A DNA stretch of 64,000 nt. It comes from Leucoraja erinacea (lineage: Eukaryota). The first letter of the stretch is position 1, and the number at the start of each line of letters is the position of its first letter. Made by a program: the position numbers and the translations under genes. Below are positions 1-12,164 of the stretch, piece by piece. The stretch covers positions 11,160,001 to 11,224,000 of the forward strand of contig NC_073391.1 of the NCBI RefSeq assembly GCF_028641065.1. The letters are read 5' to 3'. Under the pieces are notes generated by a model that saw only the letters and a program-made list of their open reading frames with translations, was not told where the DNA came from and did not search any database.

Positions 1-1100
1 GCCATTGATTGAGATACGGCCCAATGTGATGGTGTCATCTGCAAACTTGTAACCGAAGTTAGAACAGAATTTAGCTGCAGAGTAAAGAGCATCTAAGGAA
101 TATCGCGGGAATGAGCACACAGGTCTTGCAGGGGATCATTGTTGAGAATTATCAAGGTGAAGTTGCAGAGGTGGATGCTGACTCCTAGGTCCAGGAGTTT
201 GAAGTTGTGTTTAGGTTGGAATTATGGTGTTGAAGGCAGAGCTAGAGTCAATAAATGGGAGGTACACAAAAATGCTGGAGAAACTCAGCGGGTGCAGCAG
301 CATCTATGGAGCGAAGGAAATAGGCAACGTTTCGGCCCGAAACGTTGCCTATTTCCTTCGCTCCATAGATTCTGCTGCACCCGCTGAGTTTCTCCAGCAT
401 TTTTGTGTACCTTCGACTTTCCAGCATCTGCAGTTCTTTCTTAAACACGTCAATAAATGGGAGTCAGACATAGGTGTTCTTGTTGTTCGGGTGTGACAGG
501 GATGAGTGTAGGGTCTGGAAGATGGCATTTGCTGTGGGCCCATTGCTGTGAAAGGCAAATTGCAGTTGATCAAGGCTGTCGGGCAGGGTGGAGTTGATGT
601 GCGCCATGACCACTCTTTCAAAGCACTTCAAGGGGATGGGTCAGAGGCAATGGATGGCAGTCATCAAGACACTCCGTCGTGTTTGTCTAAGGCTCCGGGA
701 TGATAGTGGTGTTCTTAATATCTCAATTTGGAGGAGGGGGAGGAGAAAGATGTCAATGAATATATCTGGTCTGTTCAGATGATGAGGATACAGCCGACTA
801 GGCCAGTCTCTATCTGTGTGTTCACTCACATAAGGCCAACCTGGTGTTTATGATGATGACTCGGGAACAGTGCACCCAGGCTGTAGGGGTGGGTGATGTA
901 ATACTACTGACTTTCAGATCAGAATTAGCATAGAATGCAGTGAGTTCATCAGGAGGAGTCCGTTGTTGCCAGTGATCCTGCTCAACTTCACTTTGTAGCC
1001 TGTTAAAGCATGCAAGTCTTACCACAATTGAAGGGGTATCTCTGTGGTTAGCCTGGGATTCTAACTTTGTGTGGGCATGTTTTCTGGCATCCCTAATAGC
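1..1100 (-). mobile_element. Decayed Rex1/Babar-like non-LTR retrotransposon RT region
   Basis: Sequence parallels the younger copy at 44306-45680 (GGTGTCATCTGCAAACTTG is the reverse complement of a KFADDT-coding stretch; also TCAAAGCACTTCA); many stops; interrupted by the 262-448 insertion. Confidence 0.65.
262..448 (+). mobile_element. Short Penelope-derived insertion with fold-back palindrome, flanked by 15-bp TSD
   Basis: GTCAATAAATGGGAG at 247-261 and 449-463; 75-bp inverted arms 261-335 and 337-411 with one mismatch; same unit as the 3' part of the Penelope copy at 47563-48145. Confidence 0.85.
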
Positions 1101-1138
1101 TCTGTATAGTTCATACCTAGATTTCCTGTACGGATTTT

Positions 1139-1500
1139 GGGCGGTATGGCATTGTAAAGGGGCAGAGCTGCTCCCTTACAGCACCAGAGACCCGGGTTTA
1201 ATCCTGATTACGGGTGCTTGTCTGTACATCGTTTGTACATTATACACGTGTGCATGTGTGGGTTTTCTCCGAGATTCTTCATGGCTTTCCATCCACACTC
1301 TCTCCAAAGACGTACAGGTTTGTAGGTTAGGGCCATTGGCTTGGTTAAATATAAAATTGGCCCAACTAGTGTGTGGCAGAGAGTAGTGTTAATGTGCAAA
1401 AGTTCTTTCATCTCGGTTTTAAAGGGTCAGTGCTGTGACCCCTTGTCGGTGGGCCAAACATCGGGGAGGGATTGTTTCCATGTCTGTATCTCGAGAAACT
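1139..1500 (+). mobile_element. HE1/V-SINE-type tRNA-derived SINE with a mosaic 3' end
   Basis: tRNA-like head, V-domain-like core GGGTTTTCTCCGAGAT...CCAAAGACGTACAGGTTTGTAGGTT, tail GTTTCCATGTCTGTATCTC. Confidence 0.8.
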
Positions 1501-1564
1501 CAGTTTTCCAACTCCAAAACTACAAAGATTGGGATTAAAATCCTAACTTGAGTGCCTCAGACCT

Positions 1565-1663
1565 GGACTTCAATAGAAATGGTTCATCCTGATTCATCCA
1601 TGGTTATTTGGAGGACTTCAATAGAAATGGTTCATCCTGATTCATCCATGGTTATTTGGAGGA
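1565..1663 (+). repeat. Perfect 48-bp tandem duplication
   Basis: GGACTTCAATAGAAATGGTTCATCCTGATTCATCCATGGTTATTTGGA occurs twice in a row. Confidence 0.95.
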
Positions 1664-1709
1664 GAACACACGGATTAACTGGTTTGTTATGCAGTCCTAT
1701 ACGCACTTA

Positions 1710-1828
1710 AGGGCCAGTCCCACACACTGCTGGATTTTCAACATGTTGAAAATTTTCGGCAACCTTGCGCAACTATGACATGTGCCAGCAAGTCACCGAA
1801 ACAATCGCGTATGTGTGGGACAGGCCCT
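1710..1828. mobile_element. PIF/Harbinger-type MITE
   Basis: TIRs AGGGCCAGTCCCACA and TGTGGGACAGGCCCT; TTA TSD at 1707-1709 and 1829-1831; internal palindrome TTTTCAACATGTTGAAAA. Confidence 0.85.
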
Positions 1829-1984
1829 TTACCGATAAGGAATGTGAAAGCATTGACGTCCTTAAAGTTGCTCTCAGCCAGTCTGCTCCTTGTGCTCATC
1901 TCCCATCCCTGAGTCCCACATTTCCCTTTTATCTTCCCACTTCCACCCTATCCCTTTCCACCCATATCCTTCAATGTGACTGCA

Positions 1985-2172
1985 ATGGTTTTCTCCAGGT
2001 ACTCCGGTTTCAATCCAACATCCCAAAGTCGTGCAGGTTTGTAGGTTAATTGGCCCCTGTAAATTGTCCCTAGTGTGTGGGATAGAACTAGTGTGTGGGT
2101 GATCAATGGTCAGCATGGACTCTGCCAGCCGAAGGGCCTTTTTCCACGATGTATCACTAAACTAAACTAAAA
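1985..2172 (+). mobile_element. 5'-truncated V-SINE
   Basis: Core and tail GCCGAAGGGCC...(CTAAA)n shared with the other SINE copies. Confidence 0.8.
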
Positions 2173-2178
2173 TCAGTC

Positions 2179-2946
2179 CAGTCAACCTCATTATTATGGA
2201 CCTCTTTATAACTTTATAATGTGTTGTAACAGAGGCGCCTGCACGTATCGGACAGATCAGGCCTGGGACTGTGCGATTTTTACAGCATCTTTCGGAAAAC
2301 TCAGGCATTTTATAAGGTTACGAAAACTCAAGGATTGAAAATAGTTAAACAACCTAATAAAATGGAGATTTATTCTGTGACATGGTGGCGTCTCTCACCT
2401 GGAGCAGGTAGTGACAGAGAAATGCTGTTAATTCTGGGATCTTGGTCTTGATGAGTCAGGGGATTCGCCCATTTGTGGGGGTGACACGGCGGGGCAGCGT
2501 GTAGAGCCGCATCAGAGACCCGGATGCGATCCTGACCTCGGCTGATGTCTGTGTGCTGCTGTCACTGCGGTGGTTCCGTCCCACATCCCAAAGATGCACC
2601 GCTATGTCAATTAATTGCCATCCATGTGTCAGGAGACTATTAATCTTGTGCGTCAGGACTGCATGCGAATGGGGGATAACATAGAACTAGTGAGAACGGG
2701 TGATCGATGGTCATTATGGACTCCATGGGCCTGAGGGCCTGTTTCCGTACTATATCTCTAAACTCTAAACTACGCTTAATCTGAGAACACAACCTTTTCT
2801 GCCACAAGTTCCAGCTTTGACGATCTTAATGGACCTTCCAAAACCATCCCTTAGATTACTTGGTTATAGCGGACAATCAGCAATAACAGACACCATTCCC
2901 CTCTCTCCCCCACCCCCAAATAGTCCGTTATAACTAGGGTTGACTG
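2179..2946. mobile_element. Tc1/mariner-pogo (Tigger-like) non-autonomous element containing a SINE
   Basis: Imperfect TIRs CAGTCAACCTCATTATTATGGAC and GTCCGTTATAACTAGGGTTGACTG; TA follows the right end, left TA not preserved. Confidence 0.6.
2478..2772 (+). mobile_element. Degenerate V-SINE nested in the MITE
   Basis: Head GGCGGGGCAGCG, core CCCACATCCCAAAGATG, tail GGGCCTGTTTCC...TCTCTAAACTCTAAAC. Confidence 0.75.
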
Positions 2947-3854
2947 TATTTTGCCACACATGCTGTATGTACATAGGTAGCAACTCGTTGAGCAATTTAG
3001 AAAACACCTTTATGATGAAGCTGTACCTGTTGCTCAGATTCAATGAGTGAAAATCGCTTCTTTCCTGGGTAGCTCATGGGGACACAGGGACTTAGAGTTT
3101 CTTTGCCTTCTTGCCAAATTGACTTGACTCATTAGTGTTAACACTCCTAGCTGAAATGGAGATACTTCATCATTAGCTCACAGGTCTCATGCTCTTCGGC
3201 GTATGCCGATGATATCTACATTGTGAAGGATTTGCTGTAGTTTAGCAAGCATTGTGAGGGGCAAATGTATGAAGGCATTGCAAACACCAATAAAATAGCT
3301 GCTAAGTTATAGCTCATATAATCCACACCACAATGTCCCACGCCCCTACTTATCATGTTTACAATATGCCACCAGAGTGTGACAACTTATTATTGGCTGT
3401 TCCCAATAGATCCTCTATGTACATGTATTACAATCATTCTACTATTTCGAATCTCAATTCTGAGACTATCAGAATCACTAACAATATTTTCGTCAATCTA
3501 CTGACCTGGCTTCCAGATCTGCTCCGAGTCGACCAGTGAGGCCTGTGACAAGGCTTGCCCATGACCGACAAGACCTGTGGCCTACTGACCTCCTGAAGTG
3601 CCCAACACAATGACCCAATGTAACAATCACTGACCCGAAAGAGCTGACCACACACCAGGGCCACTGAACCCGACCATCAGAGGCTCCTTCTTCCTCGGGT
3701 GCCTGTTCATGATCGGACTTGAATGCCGATGCTGCACCTGTGGCTTACAATAAAAGAAGGAAGCAACAACCATGCGGCCTCTCAAAGGCCCAACCCAGAC
3801 AAGCACGTTGGTCAGTGGAAATGGCTGACTTCATGACCCAACCTCGAGGCCTGA

Positions 3855-4245
3855 TTCTGGCAATGAAGGAGGCCAAGGACAGACACGTTGGTGTGGCAAT
3901 GGGAAGGAGGGTTAAAATGGTTATCAATTGGGAGCTTCAAGTAACCATGGTGGACAGAGCGCAAATGCAAACATTTACCCCTCTTTCCTCTTCACCCTTC
4001 CACCCTGACACCTCCAAAAAGTTTAAAAGAAAAACTAACTTCAAGTAGCCCTTTCCCTCACTCTATCCCCTCCCCTTCCCAGTTCTCCGACCAGTCTTAG
4101 TCTCCGACTACATTGAATCTCTGTAAGCCCACTCCCCTGACATCAGTCTGAAGATGAGTCTCGACCCGAAATGCTACCAATTCCTCTCTCCAGAGATGCT
4201 ACCTGTCCCGCTGAGTTACTCCAGCATTTTGTGTCTATCTTCAAA
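3855..4245. mobile_element. Penelope-like fragments: antisense endonuclease C-terminus, then sense 3' repeat with hammerhead-like motif
   Basis: 3855-3970 matches the reverse of 47700-47820; CAGTCTGAAGATGAGTCTCGACCCGAAATG at 4144-4173. Confidence 0.7.
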
Positions 4246-4615
4246 ATAGTTAAACATTGTTAATTTATATTCTGCCAGCGTGGCGCCTATGTTTATTCAT
4301 CATGCTGAGCAAATGGATAATGTAAGTGAGTGAACTAGAACATTTATGTCTTTAAACTCAGAGTCACGTGTTAAAGTGTCGCCAGCATTGGGTGTGTTGA
4401 TGGAGAAAAGCCATTGATAAATGTAGCTTAATTTTTAATTAATTTGCGTACCAACACCAATTTGTCTCCAAGAAAAGCTCTACACTAAGAGAAAAGATCA
4501 GCTGTGATCCTGATAAATGAAGGAGCTTGATGTTCTGAAAGACAAAGCAGTTTTGATGTATGGCCTTTTCAAATTGGTGTTTCTTAACTAATTCTGTGAC
4601 TGTACCAAATGATAA

Positions 4616-5715
4616 TCTATATATAACTAAAACTTTCAACTTGTTATCTTCCAGTTTGGGTTGTTTTTACATTTGCGTACAAACGGTACAAGATAGCGCT
4701 ACGATTTTTCACCACCTTACTCATCATTCTCCTGTGCTGCAAATGCACCACCAATTTCCAATCGGTGGTATATTTTAAAAGTGATTAAGGTTTAAAAATC
4801 TTAAAAACCACACATGCGCAGATTGGTCTCATCTCCTGTCAGTCATTGCCTGGACGGCGACGCCCATTCTAGAACCATCGCTGCACTGATTGGCCGCATC
4901 CACTGTTAGTCACCAACACCCGCCTGCCTCTGCTGGCGAGGCTGGCTCTAAGAGCGCCGACGGCTGATACTCCTCCGGGGACCACAAGAAGGGAGAGGAG
5001 CGGCAACCTTGAGATCCTGGGGAGGTGATGGGGGGGATGGAGGAAGAGGAGATGGAGGGGTGAAAGTGGGGAGGTGAGGAGGGAGACCGGGGGGATTGAG
5101 GGAGAGGGGGGATTGAGGGAGACAGAAGGGAAAGTGTGGGAGTTGAGGAGGGAGAATGTGGGAGGAGGGGGGATAGAGGGAGAGGAGGGAAGGTAGGTAG
5201 GGAAGAGGAGTTATGGAAGGAGGAAAGGAGGGAGGGGAGGGAGTGACTGGTGAGGGAGGGACTGGGGAGGATAGGAGAGGGAAAAGATGGGGGAGGAGTT
5301 GAGGAGGGAGAGTGGGGGAGGAGGGGGAATAGAGGGAGAGGGGGGGGGAGCTAGAGAGAGGGGGAATAGAGGGAGACGAGGCCCTGGGGGAGGTGATGAG
5401 GGATAGTGGGGAGATAGGGGGAGGTGAGGAGTGGGGAGGTGGGGGATAGAGGCTTAGGAGGCGAGAAGAGTTATGGAGGGAGACAGTAACTGAGGGTTGG
5501 GGAAAGGAGAGGTGAGGGAGGGATTGGAGAGGGCAGGAGGAGAGGGGAAAGAAGAGGGAGGTTGAAGAGGAAGGGGAGAGACTGCTGGGGATGAGGATAT
5601 ATGATCCGCTGCTGCGCAGTTGGGGGCTATGGGTGAGTGGTGGAATATTGCGTTGGGGGAACGGGTTGCATTGGGGGACCAGGCCTCCTGTGTGACAGGG
5701 ACCCATTTAATCTAG
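4616..5715 (+). mobile_element. Non-autonomous Helitron H1 with G/A-rich low-complexity interior
   Basis: A|TCTATATATAACTAAAAC 5' end; CTAG|T 3' end at 5712-5716 after GGGACCC (hairpin partly deleted); no TSD; ends shared with H2 and H4. Confidence 0.8.
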
Positions 5716-5815
5716 TTCTGTCTAAAATACTCTGTACAAGTGGCGTCTCCTCTCACTATGTCGCACAGACATCAAACTTATTTCCTGTTGTGTCCATGAA
5801 TATAACTTGCTTGGC

Positions 5816-6032
5816 AGACACAAAAAGCTGGAATAACTCAGCAGGTCAGACAATTTCTATGGAGAAAATTAATAGGTGACATTTTGGGTCAAGAAACTTC
5901 TCCTGAAGGAGGGTCTCGACCCGAAACTTTACCTCTTCCTTTTCTCCAAAGGTGCTGCCTTTCCTGCTGAATTGCTCCAGCTTTTTGTGTTTATATTCAG
6001 TTTAAACCAGTGTCTGCAGTTTCATCCTACAC
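5816..6032. mobile_element. Inverted pair of Penelope 3' repeats with hammerhead-like motif
   Basis: Antisense copy 5816-5901 joined to sense CTGAAGGAGGGTCTCGACCCGAAAC at 5903. Confidence 0.75.
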
Positions 6033-6732
6033 AATATATCTTGCTTGGTTGGCCAGATATTTTCTTTTCCAATAGACTGCCAAGTGCTAGAGTACCTCAA
6101 CAGGTCGGGCTGTACCTATGGAGCGAATGGTTAGGTGATATTTTGAGGTTGGGAACCATTTGAGACTTTAGTCAAACTTGGACAAATGTTTTGGTCTCTG
6201 AGAACGCGCACACAAAAAAAAAGTGATCATAATTTTTTTAGTAAGAACATGGCCTGCGCTTGTAGTCAAATGAATTCTCAGTTCATTTATTTTACTGCAG
6301 CACATTTCTCCTTTATCCTTCCTGTCCTTGATTAGGTTTCCTATTGATTCCTTCACATCTACCAAACCCTGCAGCGTCCTCCCAGTGTGATACTGGTTGA
6401 TAATAAAGATAGCTCAATAATAGCTAGCTGAACAATTACGGCATATCTCCGAGAGCTAACTATTTAAATAAAAATGATTCTTTAAATCTTTGCATCTTTT
6501 ATGTCTTTGGAACTTTCGCAGTCAATTTAGCAGAAAAAAAAACAAGTACTTTTCGGACTCACTACAGTAACTCTTCAACTTTTGCATGTCGTTGAAATGG
6601 GTTCTTAAAATAAAGACAACCTCTCATCTTATTAAGAATGTAAGAATGACATCCACCCTTCCTGAAAGAAATTTGCAAATTACCACCAAGAGAGAATTTG
6701 GTGACCAGTACAAAGGAGGCCATGAGTTCCTA

Positions 6733-7735
6733 AGTCATGGGAGCAGGATGAGGCCATTCGGCCCATTGAGTCTATTCCACCATTCAATTATGGCAGATCC
6801 ATCTCTTAATCCCATTCTCCTGCCTTCTCCCCATAAGCTTTCACACCCGTGCTGATCAAGAATCTGGTAATCTCCCAATGGCTTGGCCTCAACAGCCATC
6901 TGTGGCAATGAATTCCACAGATTCAGCAGCTTTTGACGAAATAAATTCCTCCTCATTTTCTTTCTAAAGGTACGTCCTTTTATTCTGAGGCTGTGCCCTC
7001 TGGTCCTGGACTCACCCACTATTCGAAACATCCTCCCCACATCCACTTTATCCAGGCCTTTCACTATTCAGTTAGTTTCAATGAGATCTCTTCTCCTTCC
7101 CCACCATTCTTCTAAAGTCCAGTGAGTACAGACCCAGAGCTGTCGAACGCTCATGATACTGATCCCAATCATCCCGGGGTTATTGTCATAAACTTCCTCT
7201 GGACCCTTTCCAATGCCAGCAAATCCCTCCTGAGATATGGAGTGCAGAACTGCTCACAATACTCCAACTGTGCATTATAAAGCCTCAGCATTACATCCTT
7301 GATTTTATATTCTAGTCCTCTCTAAATAAATTCAAACATTGCATTTGCCTTCCTTACTACCGATTCAACTTGCAAATGAATAGTTTGGGAGTCCTGCACC
7401 AAGTCCCTTTGCTCCTCCGATTTCTGGATCCTCTCTCCATTTAAAAAATAGCCCATGCCTTTATTCCTACAACCATGATTGCACATTTTACTGCACAGTA
7501 TTCGATCTGCCACTTCTTTGCCCACTCCCCCAATCTGTCCTAGTCCTTCTGTGGGTCTTCCTGCTTCCTTTACACTTCCTGCCCCTCCACCTATCTTTGT
7601 ATCTTCTGCAAACTTGGCCAAAAAGCCATCAATTCCATAATGTAAATCATTGTTATATAATGTGAAGAGTAGCGGCCCCGACACCAACCCCTGAGGACCA
7701 CCACCAGTCACTGGCAGCCAACCAAAAAAACAGTC
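6733..7735 (-). mobile_element. CR1 LINE 3' fragment (ORF2 RT C-terminus)
   Basis: ORFs 7322-7741 (GPQGLVSGPLLF, KFAEDTKIGG) and 6735-7064 (SRTRGHSLRI, NLWNSLPQ). Confidence 0.92.
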
Positions 7736-10700
7736 AACCAATTGTAAATTATTATTTTAGTGAAGGTTCATCCAAAGCCACATTTTCATTAAAAATTCTC
7801 TCTTAGGATTATTGCATAATTCAAAACAATTCACCTCACATTGGTCAGGGTTCCTCGTATATATATATTGAACTTATGCCTTCTTATTAGATCCCACATA
7901 AAAATAGCATCCGAACTACCCAGAACCTTCCATGAACTAGCAAACTGCGTTAAGTCCAAAAATATTTTCAGTTGTTTTAGAATTAAATTACTTAAATAAT
8001 CAAAGCCTCAATGCACTTTCTGATAACTTTAGTCATTATTTTATGGCTAGTTTGAGTGCAATACTTTTAAATGATGATAATGGATAATCTTCCATTTTTA
8101 ATCTTTATTTATGAACGACAACATCTCAGGTGTGATGTCCAAAGAATTTGGTGCATGAATCATAAATACAAACCATCAACATTTTAAGCTAATCATCAGC
8201 GTGATATGTTTAATCTTTTCCATCCCCTCGTGTCACTGGAAATGATAAATTATTTTAGTTTCATTGGGACAAAAGCCAATGAGAACTAATCAAAGACTTA
8301 TTTTCTTCTACTTTTATTGCCAAACTTAGGGTAGAATAGCTTTGGATTTATTACATATAGGTTTGGAGGATACCTGTTCCCAAAAAAATCTCACATTGAA
8401 CATTTATTTTCCCCGAGAGAGTTTTCTGGGCATAGCCCATTGGACTTGTTGTAGACATATGCTGCAAAAAGCTTGTTTACTAATTAACATTTTGTGATAC
8501 ATTAGAGATCAGTTCTGCTCTTAAACATAAAAGGCTCTGTGAATTGGTACTATTGTGTTATGTTTAAAATGTCTCCCTTAAGAGTGCAATACTGTCTATT
8601 ATGCCGTACAGGGAGAAATACACATCTTGATTAATGTGTTAATAATGTTAATTGAATGTTTTTTCTACGCCGCTGTTGCTACATAGAAGCATTTTGTAGA
8701 TATTACACATGGCCTCATCACACACCTACTACAATTCTATTTAAGTGATCTCACTTCATCTGCATATCTTTCTCCATTTTATGCATTCTCATGCGTGTAC
8801 CTGGTGAGATTTCTCAAATAAATGTAACACAATTTGGCTCTTACACTTCATGCCATGGTAACTACCTTACTACCATTATTTTGAACCAAGGAGCACCTGG
8901 ATTTCTTGTTGAACTTATTGGAAAGTTATTGCACGGCAAGGCACTATCTAGTTTCTTGTGCATGTACTGTTATATTTATTCCCTCAACCGTGATTCTCGA
9001 ATTTTAGCCCACACCTCTGTAAATTGGGAGTTCCTTAACTGGAACTTCCTATTAAAATCAGTGACGAAATTCATTTCTACGATCATTTCACCTCGGTCAG
9101 GTAATTTTCTCATATTATATTCCTAAAAATTATATAGATCTGAGAAAATTATATATCATCTGCACATTACTGTACACAGTGCAAGATAGGGTGGGGTGAG
9201 TACCAAAGCTCCATAACCTTCAGACAGCAACATAATTTTGGCCGCTAATGGGGTGCAAGCTATTTCTTAAGGAATGAAAACCTTGTCTTAGATAAGTAAA
9301 GGAGAAGATGTTTTCAGAAAGTGAGAAATCACTGGCTGTAGGAAGGAGATGTATGGGGGAAATGTGTCAGTCTCAGACAAGCAATATCAAAAGTGCAGTA
9401 TGACAGAGAACTCCCACTTATCTTAGAACTGGATAAAAGTTATTTTAGCCTGTTTGGCCTTTTGCAGATTCAGCTTCTTGTCACTTGCCGCCAAAGCCCA
9501 CTCTTAATTCTTAGTGCCCAATTAATTACCATTATATTTCAAAGAGGATGCTGTCTGATGGGCATGTTTGCTCCTTTTTCAAGTTTTGATGAAAATTGAC
9601 AAAGGGACGTGATTGTGTCTGGGTGGACAAGTCTCAGAGTTATTTTAACTGTCGGCAGAACAATCATCTGCAGGACAAATGCAATTAAAACAATCCCCAA
9701 CAGTGATTGAGTTTCCTGAAAGACTGGGAACTCTAAAATAAATAAAAACCAACCAAAGCAACTTGCACTGAAATTACCAGTGGTTTGCGTTGGCTGCCTT
9801 GCTTCACATAATGTAGAAAAAATGTGGATGCATGTAAGCTCTTCACATAATTTCTTCCCAATTACTACCTCAATCCAATCTCCAGATATGGAGATTGCTG
9901 GACAATTAGTGCAGTGCATCAGTAAGATGAAAGATGCATTGAGTTAAAGCTTTGAAAACACTTGTCTAGAAATCATTTTTTTCTATTGGAGCGCTTCTGC
10001 CAATTGCTAGTGAGCTCTGGGGTAAGCTAATCTTTAAAACATGGAAAAAATATCTTGTTATGAATCAGGCCTTTACAGAGTAATGAGAAGGAGAACAAGG
10101 AAGTGAACAGCTCAGATCAGAGGAAAGCAACGTGAGGAATTTTAGATGATGTGAAACATACCTGTAGGGGCTCCTTGAAATGGAAAGGAATACAGCCCAT
10201 TTTAATCAGGATGGCAGCATTAATCACTGAATCTTCTCTGTTAAAAACAGTCAAACAGTGGCTCAGTGTTATAGGAAGGCGAACATTGATTGTCCATTCA
10301 AGTGAGCCTTTGGTGATTACCTCCTCCTTTAGAAGCTATGCAGAAGGAAAGGGCATCCAGTTCAGTTCTGCAGACTCTGTGTGAATGGTGCACTTGGTTG
10401 CAGTCAACTGCTACTGAAATCCCTTGGTTAGAACTCTCTCAGTTAATGAACAAGGTTTCATCCCATTTGTGTGCAGCTCATGTACAGTGCCACTCTTCTT
10501 ATTTTGTGGATTAATCCCATTACTTGAAGTTTCCATGACACTTTCATTATATGGCAATCCACCATGTGAACTGATGTTTGGCAGCCAGGTATCAGGAGGT
10601 TTGATTGGGGATCAAGAATATCCTCTGCCGTCATGGTTTAACATAACATTCTCGCAGCCACAGACAGCAAGGAAGAATAAATATAACGAGGCCCGTGGGA

Positions 10701-12164
10701 CAATGGAAACTTGGATGAAGCTGATTGGCATCTGAATTCTCATTTGAGATGTATGGATGATGGTATTGGAAGTGTGCATTGTAGCTCAGCACAAGTCTCC
10801 CAAAATATTGTGGCCAGCTGCCGATGTAAAATTGTTATGTAAAATAAAAGCAGAACCTGTTAGAAATACAGATAGCTCTGCTATAACACAGTTGTTGTGT
10901 TCCTAAAAAAACGTATTATAGAAAACCAATATTCAAAACCCAAATGTATCAATGAGGGATAGAGGGTTAGATGCTAGAGAGTTTCTGACCCATAATAACA
11001 AAGTTATTTTTCCAACAGGGTTTTCAATATAACAGTCATTTAAACAGCAGTAAGTTCATTTTTGTTACGGGAAGCTAAAAAAATGGAAAATAGAGTATTG
11101 ATTAACAAATGGCAATATAATGATTGTTTATTAATTTTAATGGCCATCCACAATTAAAGTAGTGGCTGTGTTCTTGAGACAATGGTGCCTGATTACTGCA
11201 GAGAGGTTACATTGAAACAGAATTTTGTCCCCAATATCGTTTAAATATTTTACTGCTTGTCAATTTCCGAAGTGACTTTTAAGCCATTCTTTATATCAAA
11301 ATCGTTTCATAGCTAATTCAGCCTGCGTAATGCGAATAACGTTCCCTAATTCATCACTCACGTTCAATTTATTTTGTGGATACGCACATTTTTACAGAAC
11401 TTCCTGAACTCATAATGTCAGACAGCATTTTTTGAGCGCAAAACATCGTTAATTTTTCAGATCAATGACCATTAATCTTTTTTTTTTTCTGCTACTTCCT
11501 GGAAATGTTCAAGATAATTATGGGGATGCTGAAGATCTCTCTACATTTACATCAGGACCCGAGCTGGAAAAACTTTGAAAACAGAGAACAAAAGACTAAC
11601 CAGAGACAGGAAAATTAAAAAAAACTAATGTGTCAATGTTGGAAAATTAGTTTCGCTTCTGCCTATTCTTATCCATTTTTTCTCTGCATAGTCACTTCCA
11701 CCAACCACCCCAAGCAACCATCAACCTGGTTGGCCACATCCCCTGCAGCTATTCTATTGTAGACTCGTGGAGTCATCTATTTCTATATTTCTATTATATA
11801 ATTAAAAGTTTCATCTTGACCACTTCCTGTTTACAGTGTGCTTTGATTTTAGAAAAAAATGCTACCACATATGGCTGTGATTTTTTGGCCATCTTACTCA
11901 GAGTCCACCTCCGCTGCGCAGGCCCCGAGGATTTTTCCCATCTATGAAAAATAAAAGACTTATTAGTGTTTAAAAAATCTTGTGATTCTCTCTCCTGTCA
12001 ATCACCGCCATGAAGGCCATAAAACCCGGAAGTGTGGGCTTGGCTCAGTCTGTCTGCAAGATGGCAAGGGAGAGGTCATGACTCTCTGTCTGAGCTGGGA
12101 AACTACAGAACACTGTGAGTATGCAATGTACTTGAATAATGATTGTTAGCCCTTAATGAAAATG

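Noticed and set aside
139-496. Near-identical peptides on both strands (YTKMLEKLSGCS)
   Set aside because: Consequence of the DNA palindrome, not genes
4948-5706. 252-aa Pro/Ser-rich ORF
   Set aside because: Translation of the G/A-rich low-complexity tract in Helitron H1; no domain or splice evidence
9539-9919. 126-aa ORF in unique sequence
   Set aside because: No recognisable motif; composition resembles translated non-coding DNA
10868-11410. Possible old Tigger-like MITE starting TA-CAGATAGCTCTGCTATAAC
   Set aside because: No convincing matching right TIR found
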